A stretch of 64,000 bases of DNA from an uncultured cyanobacterium (GTDB taxonomy: Bacteria > Cyanobacteriota > Cyanobacteriia > Cyanobacteriales > CAWCAG01), in assembly GCA_963803805.1 (NCBI GenBank), contig CAWDOD010000002.1, positions 960,001 through 1,024,000 on the forward strand, given 5' to 3'. A model generated the notes under the pieces. The model had not been told where the DNA came from. It did not search any database and was given only the letters and a program-made list of their open reading frames with translations. Made by a program: the position numbers and the translations under genes. Below, piece by piece: positions 10,088-19,829 of the stretch (positions are counted from its first letter, which is position 1; the number at the start of each line of letters is the position of its first letter).

Positions 10088-10867
10088 TTACTGTGCAGGT
10101 TGAGCTTGTTGAGCCTCTTGAGCTTGTTGTTGTTCTTGGGCTAATTTTTCTGCTTCTTCATCTGAGATGGGATAGAGCATATCGAGTCTAAAGGTAGTCC
10201 TTAGCTCATTTGTGTCTTGGGGAATAAGTTGCCCTTGTCTAAATTCAAAAGTTTCGTTCTCCTTTAACTCAGAGCGCAAATTATTAACTACTAAAACAGG
10301 TTGAAGTAGCTCAATGTTACGCATGATATTCTGAGTTTGTTGGAAAGTACCATCTAATTGCAATGTGACACTTTCCCGCTTCAGCTTACCATCTACTTCT
10401 GAACCTAAAGAGCCGTCATTAATAATATTATTATTGGCTTCACCAGCTTGCGCTTCTTGTTCTACAGGTTGATAACTAACTAACTGCCCCTGTCTAGAGG
10501 TAACAAAACGATTAATATCCAACAACAAGGTATCTAAGCTTTGTTGATCAGAAAACAAATTCCTGACAGCTACTTCCCTTTCTTGGGCTTCTGCTGCTTG
10601 GATTTCCAATTCAGCAATTCGTCTGTCTAATTCTTCTATATTTGCTAGTTGAGCTTTCTTTTCTTCTACTTCAGTGTTAGCGCTTTGATATTCTTCTATT
10701 TTCGGCTGCACTAATTTCAAGAACATATAAGCTGCTGCCGCCAGACCTAAAACGGCGATGATAATACCAATAACCGTAGGGGTTAAAGTTACTCCGAAGG
10801 CTTGGGGATATTGGGGTTCTTCGACCTCTTCTCCTTGACCAGGAACAAATTCTTCTGCAAATGCCAT
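10088..10867 (-). CDS. pilO: Type IV pilus assembly protein PilO
   Basis: N-terminal TM, coiled coil, operon position. Confidence 0.85.
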   Translation of the reverse strand: MAFAEEFVPGQGEEVEEPQYPQAFGVTLTPTVIGIIIAVLGLAAAAYMFLKLVQPKIEEYQSANTEVEEKKAQLANIEELDRRIAELEIQAAEAQEREVAVRNLFSDQQSLDTLLLDINRFVTSRQGQLVSYQPVEQEAQAGEANNNIINDGSLGSEVDGKLKRESVTLQLDGTFQQTQNIMRNIELLQPVLVVNNLRSELKENETFEFRQGQLIPQDTNELRTTFRLDMLYPISDEEAEKLAQEQQQAQEAQQAQPAQ

Positions 10868-10875
10868 TACTCAAA

Positions 10876-11739
10876 TTACTCCTCAATTACTCCTTGTTCG
10901 ATCAGGGTTTCAATCCTAGAGGCTAACCCCACTGCACCTTTACGCTGCAATTCTCCTAATAGTTCTGTGGAAGGGACGTTATTGAGTTGAGTTTGAATAG
11001 TATAGGAGACAACTTCAGGTAATTCCACTGTTACTTGTTGTTGCTGATTTTGTCCTTGTTGGTCAAACTCCACACTCCCTGGATAGCTGATTAATTTAGC
11101 TTCCTTTAATAAGGTTTCTTCACGGTCAAAAAAGTTAGATTGCTGGAGAACTAAAAGGAAGTCATTAACTTCATTGAACGAACGAGCTATACCTGTAACA
11201 GTGAGTTGAATTTTAGGAACATTAGCTGCTGTATTGGCGGCTGGTTGTCCCTCAGCGGGTGGTTGTCCCTCAGCGGGTGGCGGGGTAGCCGCCGCCGCAG
11301 TTTGGGCTGCTGGGTCTACTTCTATAGGTGTTTGTTGAACTGTTAGAACTTGAACTCCTCCAGGAGCGCGATCGCTAATATCTTTGAAAATTGCTGACCA
11401 AGGTTTAATAAAGTTAAAAACGCTAGCTAGGGAATTCACCTCAGCATTAGATTCAGTGATTTCTTGATTTAGTTCACTAATTTGCTTTTCTTTTTGCCTT
11501 ACTACTACTAATTGTTGTTCAAGTTCCGCACTTTCTGCTCTGAGTTGACCTGTACGCCAATTAAGAAATAACCAACCTGCTCCTACTAAAGCTGGGAAAA
11601 GCAGCCCTACAGCTATTCCCGCATACATGGGTCGTCTATCTCCTACTGCTCTAGCTCTCCCTCCCGCCACAGGAGCCGCCATTTCTGAGCCAGTTAGTTC
11701 TGGTCTATCCTTAAGAAAATTAATATCTAAACTATACAT
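10876..11739 (-). CDS. pilN: Type IV pilus assembly protein PilN
   Basis: MYSLDINFLKDR motif, TM, coiled coil. Confidence 0.9.
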   Translation of the reverse strand: MYSLDINFLKDRPELTGSEMAAPVAGGRARAVGDRRPMYAGIAVGLLFPALVGAGWLFLNWRTGQLRAESAELEQQLVVVRQKEKQISELNQEITESNAEVNSLASVFNFIKPWSAIFKDISDRAPGGVQVLTVQQTPIEVDPAAQTAAAATPPPAEGQPPAEGQPAANTAANVPKIQLTVTGIARSFNEVNDFLLVLQQSNFFDREETLLKEAKLISYPGSVEFDQQGQNQQQQVTVELPEVVSYTIQTQLNNVPSTELLGELQRKGAVGLASRIETLIEQGVIEE

Positions 11740-11747
11740 AAGCTCTT

Positions 11748-12849
11748 TTACACCTCTCTTAATCCCAAGCCTAGGACAACTCCTAATCCTGGGCGTTGTA
11801 CCCCAGGAATATCCTCGTCTGCTTCTATGGCTAATTCTGCTAAGGGGTCAATTTGGGTGGTAGGTAAACTTAATTTTTGAGTAAAAAACTCGTCAAGTTG
11901 CCCAATCCCCCCTCCAGGCCCAGCAAGTAAAAGTTGAGCAACTTCAAGGTTATCACTAGAGTTTAAATAGAAATCTATGGAACGACGCAACTCATCGGTT
12001 AATTCTGTTAATACTCTTAACAAAGCGGCCATACCGGGGTTAATTCCTGTTGCCCCACTACGAATCCCTTCTACAGGAGTGTTAGGAATAGTCATATCTT
12101 GGAGCAGTTCAGTATTGCGCTGAATTGGTAAATTCATCGCTCGCGAAAGAGCGCTTTGCATTTGGTAAGTACCAATGGGGACAGTACGGGAGAATTGCGG
12201 CACACCATCGACAATAATGGCAATTTCTGTGCTATCAAATTCTATATCTACTAGTACTGCTGCTTCCCTTGGTCTCGAACTGGCGTAATTGTTCTCTTAT
12301 AGTTCTAATTAAAGAAAAGCTATTAATTTCGATAACATCTACCTTGAGGCCCGCTTGCTCAAAAGTATCCAAATACATATCCGTTACTTCTCTGCGGGTG
12401 GCAACTAATAGTACTTGTACTTTTTCAATACCATCTTCGTCGTCTATTAAACCTAGCTTTTGGTAGTCTATGTCTACTTCTTCGCGAGGATAGGGTAAAT
12501 ACAGAGCAGCTTCTTGGTTGAGAACCACATCTTCTAGTTCCGCATCGTCTAATTCGGCGGGAATTGGAATAATACGGATAATTGCTTCCCGCATTGGTAG
12601 AGCAGTAGCAACTTGAGTCACTTTGATTTTACTTTCTCTAAGGGCATCTTGAATTAATTCGGCTAAGGCTGGGGAATCAACAATTTGTCCCTCCTCAAAT
12701 ATACCTTCGGGGACTTCAACTGAAGAAAGACTAATTAACTTATACTTCTGTCCTTGCTTACGGACTTGAGCAATATTAATCCTTTCCGGCGCGATTTCAA
12801 TGCCGATCCCCTTTGCTTGTTTAGAGAAAAGACCTTTTAAACCAAACAT
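11748..12849 (-). pseudogene. pilM: Type IV pilus assembly protein PilM with a +1 frameshift at ~12266-12268
   Basis: ORFs 12235-12849 and 11748-12203 join (…QFETK-EAAVLVDIEFDSTEIAIIVDGVPQFSRT…) if one base of the GGG run is removed. Confidence 0.88.
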
Positions 12850-13021
12850 AAGTTTTCGTTCCCTGGGGGAATTTTTTTAATTTAATATAGAGGATTAAGG
12901 CGGGAAGATAGCTAATTTCCCATCATGATGGTACTCAATCTAGCTTAGAATTAACCATCTTGGTCAGTTTCTTACCGAAATTCACTCTTGAGTTTGATCT
13001 CAAAACTCGATTTTATCTACC

Positions 13022-14395
13022 ATGGAATCATCCGAGTCTCAAAACTTTTCGCCAGAACAATCTTCTATTGTTCCAGAAATATCTGAACCAGAAGTTTCTG
13101 ATTTTCCTGAAGAATCTTCTTTTTCTAGCAAAATCAAGCAATGGTGGCCTTGGTTATTAGGGTTATTGTTGCTTTTAGGGGGAGGGTTTATTGCTTGGCG
13201 TTTTTTGTTGAATAACAATGCTCCTCCTAACCCCGTTGCTGCTCAACCTCAAGCTACTCCCGTTAAATTGGCTCTAGTAGAAACTAAAACCATTGAAGAA
13301 AGTTCTGAATTTAACGGAACCCTCGAAGCCCAAAAAGGTGTGGTTATTAGGGCAGAATCTACTGGTCGTGTTACGCAAATCTATGGTTCATCAGGGGATA
13401 GAGTAACACCAGGAACTCCTCTTTTACAATTAAAACCTGACCGCTCACGAGCCGAATTAAGTAGCGCGATCGCCAATATAAATGCGACTCGTGCTGCCCG
13501 AAATAATGCTCAAGCACAAATTGCTGCATTGGAAGCCCAAAGAGCTAGCGCTCAAGCAGAGTTAGACTTACAAGATAAAGAGTTAGAGCGTACTTCTTCC
13601 CTGGTTTCTCAAGGAGCCTTAGCAAAACAACAATTAGATATAGTCACTACCAATCGTGCCTCTGCTACTGCTGCTCTTAATGCAGCCGATGAACAAATTA
13701 AAGCCGCTAAAGCAAATTTAGAGCAAGCTAATGCTGATGTGGCCCAGGCTGAGGCTGATGCGGCTGTTGCCCGTGAGGATTTACAAGATACTACAGTAGT
13801 TGCCCCTATTGCTGGAGTGGTAGGAGATATACCAACTAAACTGGGAGATTATGTTAGTGTCGGCGATGAGTTGACTACCATCACCCAAAATGAAAGTTTA
13901 GAGTTGGAAATTGCTGTCCCTATTGAACAAGAAAATCAACTCAAAGTAGGTCTGCCTGTTGAATTAACCACCTCTTCTGAGGATGATTTTCCCATCAGGG
14001 GTCGCCTTAGTTTTATTTCTCCCCAGGCTAGTAGTAATACTCAAGGTGTTTTAGCTAAAGCACGTTTCGACAATGTAGGGGGCGTTTTGCGCGATCAGCA
14101 AAAGGTTCGAGCCAGAATTATTTGGGAGCAACGTATAGGAGTCATTATTCCTACTACCGCAGTTTCTCCCCTCGCTGGACAAGATTTTGTTTTCGTAGCG
14201 GTGGAAGAAAGAAATAAACAAGGGGAGATAGAGTTAATTGCCAAGCAAAAAGCAGTTAAATTAAACAAAAAACAGGCACAAGATAACCAGTACCCCGTAT
14301 TAGAGGGCTTGGCAAAGGGGGAAAGGTTAATTGTTTCAGGACTCCAAAATCTTAGGGATGGCGCTCCTATTAAAGTCCAGTCTACGGATAATTAG
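13022..14395 (+). CDS. RND efflux periplasmic adaptor (membrane fusion protein)
   Basis: N-terminal TM, lipoyl half-motifs (APIAGVVG), long alpha-hairpin. Confidence 0.88.
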   Translation: MESSESQNFSPEQSSIVPEISEPEVSDFPEESSFSSKIKQWWPWLLGLLLLLGGGFIAWRFLLNNNAPPNPVAAQPQATPVKLALVETKTIEESSEFNGTLEAQKGVVIRAESTGRVTQIYGSSGDRVTPGTPLLQLKPDRSRAELSSAIANINATRAARNNAQAQIAALEAQRASAQAELDLQDKELERTSSLVSQGALAKQQLDIVTTNRASATAALNAADEQIKAAKANLEQANADVAQAEADAAVAREDLQDTTVVAPIAGVVGDIPTKLGDYVSVGDELTTITQNESLELEIAVPIEQENQLKVGLPVELTTSSEDDFPIRGRLSFISPQASSNTQGVLAKARFDNVGGVLRDQQKVRARIIWEQRIGVIIPTTAVSPLAGQDFVFVAVEERNKQGEIELIAKQKAVKLNKKQAQDNQYPVLEGLAKGERLIVSGLQNLRDGAPIKVQSTDN

Positions 14396-14438
14396 GTGAT
14401 GGGTAATAATAACCTGTGCAAATAAACAGCAATTTGGT

Positions 14439-14813
14439 ATGACATTAAAAGAAATTCATTCTCTTGTTCAACAAGCAGTTTATGCTTGCCAAGAAAGGAA
14501 TGTAGAAGCCTTTACCACTTTATTTGCCCAGGAAGGAGAGTTGATAATTGCTCAACAATCTATCACTGGAAAAGCTGCTATTGGCGAAATTACAGAGGCT
14601 TATTTTCTTAGCTGTGAAGGTATAGAAATTACTGTCAAAGAAATTCTCATAGAAGGCGATTCTCCTACAGAGACGCTTCGCGATCGCGCCATAGTAAAGT
14701 GGTTTTGGGAAGACACCAAAAAAGCTACAGGTAAACGTAAAGGCAACCATAACACCATTAAGATTGAGTTTGAATCTGGTTTAATTGTCCGTTGGCAAGA
14801 GTTCATTACTTAA
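14439..14813 (+). CDS. SnoaL/NTF2-like protein with an 8-aa insertion
   Basis: F..LFA.EG...GKAAI...EGD[SPTETLRD]RAIVKW...GLIVRWQE. Confidence 0.75.
   Translation: MTLKEIHSLVQQAVYACQERNVEAFTTLFAQEGELIIAQQSITGKAAIGEITEAYFLSCEGIEITVKEILIEGDSPTETLRDRAIVKWFWEDTKKATGKRKGNHNTIKIEFESGLIVRWQEFIT
14661..14684 (+). repeat. 24-bp short dispersed repeat inserted in a HIP1 site
   Basis: GCGAT[TCTCCTACAGAGACGCTTCGCGAT]CGC; removing it restores GCGATCGC and the EGDRA motif. Confidence 0.7.
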
Positions 14814-14887
14814 CTCAATTGCTGGGCTTAGGGTTTTTAATTCCCATGCTATGCTTAGAGCTTTAGAGATAAGATCGAAAATCGGAA

Positions 14888-15517
14888 GTGAATCAACGTC
14901 TCTCCAACCTCCGAGAAAACCATACTCCTGCTGTGTCTGCAACCAACGAATTACTATGGGCTTTAATTGGTTTATTGTTAACCATTGGTGGGACATTAGT
15001 TGAAGCTTTTTTTACTAATATGCCTTGGCAATGGCAAAACCAAGGCATTACAGTTCATTCCCTCAATGTCAGTTTGCAGATGGGGGCTGTATTATTGGTA
15101 GGGTGTTTGGGGGGGAAAAATGCTGGGGCGCTTTCTCAAATTGCTTACATATTTTTAGGTTTAGCTGGCTTACCTGTTTTTACTGGGGGGGGCGGATTAA
15201 AGTATATTCAATCTCCAAGTTTTGGTTACTTACTTGGCTTCATACCAGGTGCTTGGCTGTGCGGTTTTTTTGCTTTTCAAACTAAACCAAAACTAGAATC
15301 TCTTTCTTTTAGTTGCCTGTGTGGTTTAGTTACCATTCATATTTCTGGCTTAACTTATTTAATCGTTTCTTACTTTATTTTACCGATTGAAAGCGGAACA
15401 GTAATGCTTTGGGATGCTATTATGAGTTACTCAATTAATCTTGTGCCAGGACACATTGTTGTTGTTTGTGCGGTAACTGTCATTGCTTTTGTGATGCGCA
15501 AGGTCATGTTTTATTGA
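14888..15517 (+). CDS. bioY: Biotin transporter BioY
   Basis: YIFLGLAGLPVFTGGGG...PSFGYLLGF. Confidence 0.9.
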   Translation: MNQRLSNLRENHTPAVSATNELLWALIGLLLTIGGTLVEAFFTNMPWQWQNQGITVHSLNVSLQMGAVLLVGCLGGKNAGALSQIAYIFLGLAGLPVFTGGGGLKYIQSPSFGYLLGFIPGAWLCGFFAFQTKPKLESLSFSCLCGLVTIHISGLTYLIVSYFILPIESGTVMLWDAIMSYSINLVPGHIVVVCAVTVIAFVMRKVMFY

Positions 15518-15541
15518 GTTAATAAGTTATTTTTGTACTAA

Positions 15542-16012
15542 ATGATCAAAAATCTTTACTTCTGGATCACTGCTATTATTGGCTTGGTTTTAGATCAATT
15601 AACGAAGTATATAGTAGTACAGAATTTCGCTGAAATTGGCGACACAGTTCCTTTATTGCCAGGGATATTTCATTTCACTTATGTTACTAATACAGGTGCT
15701 GCTTTTAGCTTATTTAGTCAAGATGGGGGCTGGTTACGCTGGCTTTCTTTATTAGTAAGTATTGGCTTAATCTTATTAGGATTAAGTACGAGGTTAAGGT
15801 TGACTGAGCAGATAGGTTATGGTTGTATTTTAGCAGGAGCTGCTGGCAACGGTATAGACCGATTTTTAGCTGGCTACGTTGTGGATTTTTTTGATTTTAG
15901 ATTAATCCAATTTGCTGTTTTTAATATAGCTGATGTTTTAATTAATCTTGGCTGGATTCTAATTTTAATTACTATTTTTCAAGAAAGCACTCACCATAAA
16001 TATAGAAATTAG
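15542..16012 (+). CDS. lspA: Lipoprotein signal peptidase II
   Basis: DQLTK, NTGAAFS, GNGIDR, VVDF, FNIAD. Confidence 0.95.
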   Translation: MIKNLYFWITAIIGLVLDQLTKYIVVQNFAEIGDTVPLLPGIFHFTYVTNTGAAFSLFSQDGGWLRWLSLLVSIGLILLGLSTRLRLTEQIGYGCILAGAAGNGIDRFLAGYVVDFFDFRLIQFAVFNIADVLINLGWILILITIFQESTHHKYRN

Positions 16013-16136
16013 GGAGTAGCATTAATTAAAAACTCTTAGGGTCAGCCTTCTCACATTTAGTAAATTGAAAATTAATACCATTTCTGAAAAATAACTGGAG
16101 AATTAATCCAGTTTAGAGTCTCCGTGCCGAAAATAG

Positions 16137-17072
16137 ATGAAACAAATTTGGTCAGCTATCAAACCCTACTTGCGCTGGTTCATTTTAGGGGGAACATTAT
16201 TTTTCTTACTCCAAACCTTAAAAGATCGTTGGCGAGAAGTAGCTGAAGTTCGTATTGATGCTAATGGCTGGGCTATTTTAGCTATCGCCTTAGTAGTTAC
16301 TTTGATGGCGCATATTTGGTCAGGTTGGGTTTGGACTTGGATTCTCAAAGCTTTTAAACAACCTGTATCTCAACGTTGGGCTTTGGAAGTTTACCTGAAA
16401 ACTAATATTGCTAAATATTTACCGGGCAATGTTTGGCATTATGCCGGGCGTATCTCGGCTATTACCGAAGCGGGAGGTTCTATAGGGGTAGCAAGTCTTA
16501 GCGTCCTATTAGAACCACTTTTAATGGCAGCCGCAGCTTTACTAATTGCCCTTCTTAGTGGTAGCTTAGGGTTCATTTCCACAGCCCCAAATCCCCTCAT
16601 CCTCGCCCTACAAATTGGTGGTTTAATTGTGGTTTTGTTAGGAATCCACCCCCGGTTTCTCAACCCAGTGATTAAGTTTTTAAACCGTTCAAAAAAGGTG
16701 ACAGAAACTGGTGAAGTGAAACTAGAGCATTATCCTCTGTTACCTTTATTAGGAGAAGTAGGTTTTCTTCTCTGGCGGGGTAGTGGTTTTCTGTTAACTT
16801 TGCTAGTTCTTTTTCCTGTCACCCTTCCCCAAATACCACAACTCCTCAGTTCCTTTAGTTTTGCTTGGTTATTAGGATTAGTTGTACCTGGTGCGCCGGG
16901 AGGTTTAGGCATTTTTGAAGCAACAATTATTGCGCTTCTGGGCAACCAAGTTTCACCCGGTTTAATTTTAACTGTTGTGGCTATATTTCGGATGGTAAGT
17001 ATTTTGGCAGAGTTAGCAGGGGCTGGTTTGGGGGTTTTGAGTGAACGTGCTTTTGCCAAAAGAATCCAGTAA
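16137..17072 (+). CDS. Lysylphosphatidylglycerol-synthase TM / UPF0104 flippase-like membrane protein
   Basis: KYLPGNVWH and PGAPGGLGIFE motifs, multi-TM. Confidence 0.8.
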   Translation: MKQIWSAIKPYLRWFILGGTLFFLLQTLKDRWREVAEVRIDANGWAILAIALVVTLMAHIWSGWVWTWILKAFKQPVSQRWALEVYLKTNIAKYLPGNVWHYAGRISAITEAGGSIGVASLSVLLEPLLMAAAALLIALLSGSLGFISTAPNPLILALQIGGLIVVLLGIHPRFLNPVIKFLNRSKKVTETGEVKLEHYPLLPLLGEVGFLLWRGSGFLLTLLVLFPVTLPQIPQLLSSFSFAWLLGLVVPGAPGGLGIFEATIIALLGNQVSPGLILTVVAIFRMVSILAELAGAGLGVLSERAFAKRIQ

Positions 17073-17176
17073 TTGTATTAGTCGCTGAAAACTATTTCGC
17101 AAATGTTTCCGGAGAGTGAGAATTCTTAATGTTCTCTTTTTTAGCAATTTTAGTTAAGTGTAAGGTTAAGCATATT

Positions 17177-17659
17177 CTAAAAAGCACAATTGCTTGGTAA
17201 TGGTTCGGCACTCGCCAGAGAAGTAGCAAAATCTGTAGGTAAAGTTACCTCAGAAAAACCATCTTGAACCGTTCCTTTTTGGGCCCTTGAACTATAACCG
17301 TCAGGAGACATATGGACTCGGACAATTACCTCTTGTTGGGGTTGAATTGCTACAGTGCCTCCCGTGCGGGTGAATGGTTGTTCTTCTACATGGGAGTGTA
17401 ACAGAACTCGGCGATACAATAGTTGTTCATCAGGGGTAATTACTTCCCACCAGTTAGCATAGCGATCGCATCCACTATCAGGACTACTAACTGTAACGGC
17501 AAAGGTGTAATTATTAGCTTCTCCTGTGGCTTCAACTTTTAAAACCTGAGCAGGATTATTTTGCTCTAAAATGGGTTGGGGTTGGGACACTTGTGACTCA
17601 TTCGTTGTCGAACATCCACCGCAAATTAGGATGAGAGCTAAACTTACAATCTTAGTCAT
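17177..17659 (-). CDS. Conserved hypothetical lipoprotein
   Basis: Lipobox-like N-terminus; SPDSGCDRYANWWEV...RVLLHSHVEEQPFTR motif. Confidence 0.75.
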   Translation of the reverse strand: MTKIVSLALILICGGCSTTNESQVSQPQPILEQNNPAQVLKVEATGEANNYTFAVTVSSPDSGCDRYANWWEVITPDEQLLYRRVLLHSHVEEQPFTRTGGTVAIQPQQEVIVRVHMSPDGYSSRAQKGTVQDGFSEVTLPTDFATSLASAEPLPSNCAF

Positions 17660-17673
17660 ATTAAATATTTACC

Positions 17674-18489
17674 CTAACTTTTCTCTATTGTGTAATTGCT
17701 ACCTTGATGGGAACGAAAGAGATGGGAATGTTGGGGATGATAAAGCTGCGATCGCACTTTTTGATCAGCTTTTAAGGCAGGACTAATTATATAAAGAGTA
17801 GTACGAATTAAATCTTGTTCTTGAGTAATTTTAGCCATTTCTTCAAGAGTAACCATCAAGACTTTTTCATCAGGCCAACCTATGCGAAAACAGATAGCCA
17901 CTGGGGTATCAGGGGGATAATGCTGAAGTAACTTTTCCTGGGCCGCTTCTACATGACGGGCAGCGAGGTAAAGGCAAAGACTCCCTTGGTGGGCAGCTAA
18001 AGAGGCTAAATCCTCCGACTCTGGTACAGCAGAAGCACGACCGCTAATACGGGTTAAGATAATTGTTTGTACCAAGCCCGGTACTGTCAGTTCCGTTTGT
18101 AGTGTGGCTGCTGCGGCTTGAAAGGCACTGATTCCTGGTACTAATTCAAAAGGGATTCCTGCTTCTTTTAAAGCGTTCATTTGCTCATGAATAGCGCTGT
18201 ACAAACTCAAATCTCCAGAGTGTAAACGTACCACAATGCGATTAGCTTTTACCCTTTCAATCATCAAAGGTAAAATTTCTTCTAAGGTTTTGTTACCAGT
18301 ACGTACTAACTCCGCATCGGGGGGTACATCTTGCCAAATTTGTTGAGGAACTAAAGAATCAGCAACTAAGATTGTATCTGCTTGTTGCAAAATTTTTAGG
18401 GCTTTAACTGTTAGTAAATCTGGATCACCAGGTCCAGCACCAATGATATAAACGGCTGGGGTTAAGGAAGAATAAGAAGATGAAGACAT
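17674..18489 (-). CDS. cobM: Precorrin-4 C11-methyltransferase
   Basis: IGAGPGDPDLLTVK, VVRLHSGDLSLYSAIHEQM, ELTVPGLVQTIILTR. Confidence 0.93.
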   Translation of the reverse strand: MSSSSYSSLTPAVYIIGAGPGDPDLLTVKALKILQQADTILVADSLVPQQIWQDVPPDAELVRTGNKTLEEILPLMIERVKANRIVVRLHSGDLSLYSAIHEQMNALKEAGIPFELVPGISAFQAAAATLQTELTVPGLVQTIILTRISGRASAVPESEDLASLAAHQGSLCLYLAARHVEAAQEKLLQHYPPDTPVAICFRIGWPDEKVLMVTLEEMAKITQEQDLIRTTLYIISPALKADQKVRSQLYHPQHSHLFRSHQGSNYTIEKS

Positions 18490-18589
18490 GAATATAAGTT
18501 AAAAGTTAAAAGTTGTTGGTGGAAGGCGATTTTATCTAGTTTGGTAAACTCTTCCGGATCTGAACCCAAAAGCGAAGTAATAAAGAAGT

Positions 18590-18640
18590 GGTAGATGCAC
18601 CCTGGTTAAGCTCTGGAGTTTTCACTTCAGAGCTTTTTTT
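18590..18640 (+). ncRNA. NsiR1-like sRNA, copy 1
   Basis: TCCGGA 18553-18558 (-35 position), GTAATA -10, GGTAGATGCACC 5' end, terminator AAGCTCTGGAG/CTTCAGAGCTT + T run. Confidence 0.6.
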
Positions 18641-18738
18641 GTTACTAATTATTCCTCTAATTTCCTAAAGTTAAATAAGAAAAAGAAATATCTGATTACT
18701 TTCCGGATCTGAACCCAAAAGCGAAGTAATAAAGAAGT

Positions 18739-18790
18739 GGTAGATGCACCCTGGTTAAGCTCTGGAGTTTTCACTCCCAGAGCTTTTTTT
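18739..18790 (+). ncRNA. NsiR1-like sRNA, copy 2
   Basis: TCCGGA 18702-18707, same 5' end, terminator hairpin + T7. Confidence 0.6.
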
Positions 18791-18888
18791 GTTGCTAATT
18801 ATTCCTCTAATTTCCTAAAGTTAAATAAGAAAAAGAAATATCTGATTACTTTCCGGATCTGAACCCAAAAGCGAAGTAATAAAGAAGT

Positions 18889-18939
18889 GGTAGATGCACC
18901 CTGGTTAAGCTCTGGAGCGAAAACTCCAGAGCTTTTTTT
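18889..18939 (+). ncRNA. NsiR1-like sRNA, copy 3
   Basis: TCCGGA 18852-18857, same 5' end, perfect hairpin AAGCTCTGGAG-CGAAAA-CTCCAGAGCTT + T run. Confidence 0.6.
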
Positions 18940-18973
18940 GGTTTTGGGAATTATTTAAAATTGAGCGATCGCC

Positions 18974-19786
18974 CTAACTCATAGTTGATTTTTTCCGAGT
19001 AGAAATCACATTGGGAAGAGGACGCTTAAAGCCATAGAGCCAAATTAGCCCAGCTACACCGAGGGTAATAGCAATTAAACTAATAACCTGAGCAATGCGT
19101 AAAGGCCCTAACATCAAACTATCTAACCGCAGTGCCTCAATCCAGATACGACCGCTACTATAAGCTATTAAGTAAACTAAAGCTAGGGTTCCTATTTTCA
19201 AAACTTGAGGATGCCTCAAGCCCCAGAAGAAAAGATACATCAGCAGAGAAAAAACAGCGATATTCCAAACCGACTCATAAAGGAAAGTGGGATGAAAGTA
19301 GCCCTCTGCTTGGGGAATATAAAGTTTCCAAGGTAAGTCTGTGGGACTACCATAGGCTTCTGAGTTAAAGAAGTTACCCCAACGCCCAATTGCTTGCCCT
19401 AAAGCCAGGGAAGGAACAGCCAAGTCTGCTAGTTGCCAAACCGAGACTTTATTGATACGGGCGAAAATCAACCCGGCAATAGTGCCTCCCAAAATCGCGC
19501 CATGAATAGCAATACCACCATGCCAAATAGCGAAAATTTCCGTAGGGTTCTGGGCATACTGGGGCCATTGAAATAATACATAATAAAGTCTGGCACAGGG
19601 AATTGCCCCAATAACCAGCCAAATTGCCAAATCAGCCAGCAAATCAGGATTAACTTGGCGGCGTTTAGCTAGATACTGAGAAAGGGCTACCCCAATTAAG
19701 ACAGCACTAGCTATTAGTACACCGTACCAGCGAACAGTAACAGGTCCGATGGTAAAAATTTCTGGCCCAGGAGAAGTAAATTGCAT
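18974..19786 (-). CDS. lgt: Prolipoprotein diacylglyceryl transferase
   Basis: [38 protein letters not shown]. Confidence 0.95.
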   Translation of the reverse strand: MQFTSPGPEIFTIGPVTVRWYGVLIASAVLIGVALSQYLAKRRQVNPDLLADLAIWLVIGAIPCARLYYVLFQWPQYAQNPTEIFAIWHGGIAIHGAILGGTIAGLIFARINKVSVWQLADLAVPSLALGQAIGRWGNFFNSEAYGSPTDLPWKLYIPQAEGYFHPTFLYESVWNIAVFSLLMYLFFWGLRHPQVLKIGTLALVYLIAYSSGRIWIEALRLDSLMLGPLRIAQVISLIAITLGVAGLIWLYGFKRPLPNVISTRKKSTMS

Positions 19787-19829
19787 TTTTCAAGCAGGAC
19801 TTTCAATTAGGGACGACTTACTCTACATC

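Larger units (their letters stand above)
18552..18939 (+). repeat. Tandem array of three ~150-bp units
   Basis: Units start at 18552, 18701 and 18851 with identical TTCCGGATCTGAACCCAAAAGCGAAGTAATAAAGAAGTGGTAGATGCACCCTGGTTAAGCTCTGGAG. Confidence 0.97.

Noticed and set aside
11243-11280. 18-bp tandem duplication in pilN (PPAEGQ x2)
   Set aside because: Ordinary low-complexity linker expansion
17108-17113. Another intergenic TCCGGA as a DIF1 promoter
   Set aside because: No GTA-type -10 at matching spacing on either strand; a 6-mer is expected by chance
18552-18939. CRISPR array or peptide-coding repeat
   Set aside because: Units are ~150 bp with near-identical inter-unit sequence (no unique spacers) and no cas genes; the short GTG frame is not kept between copies
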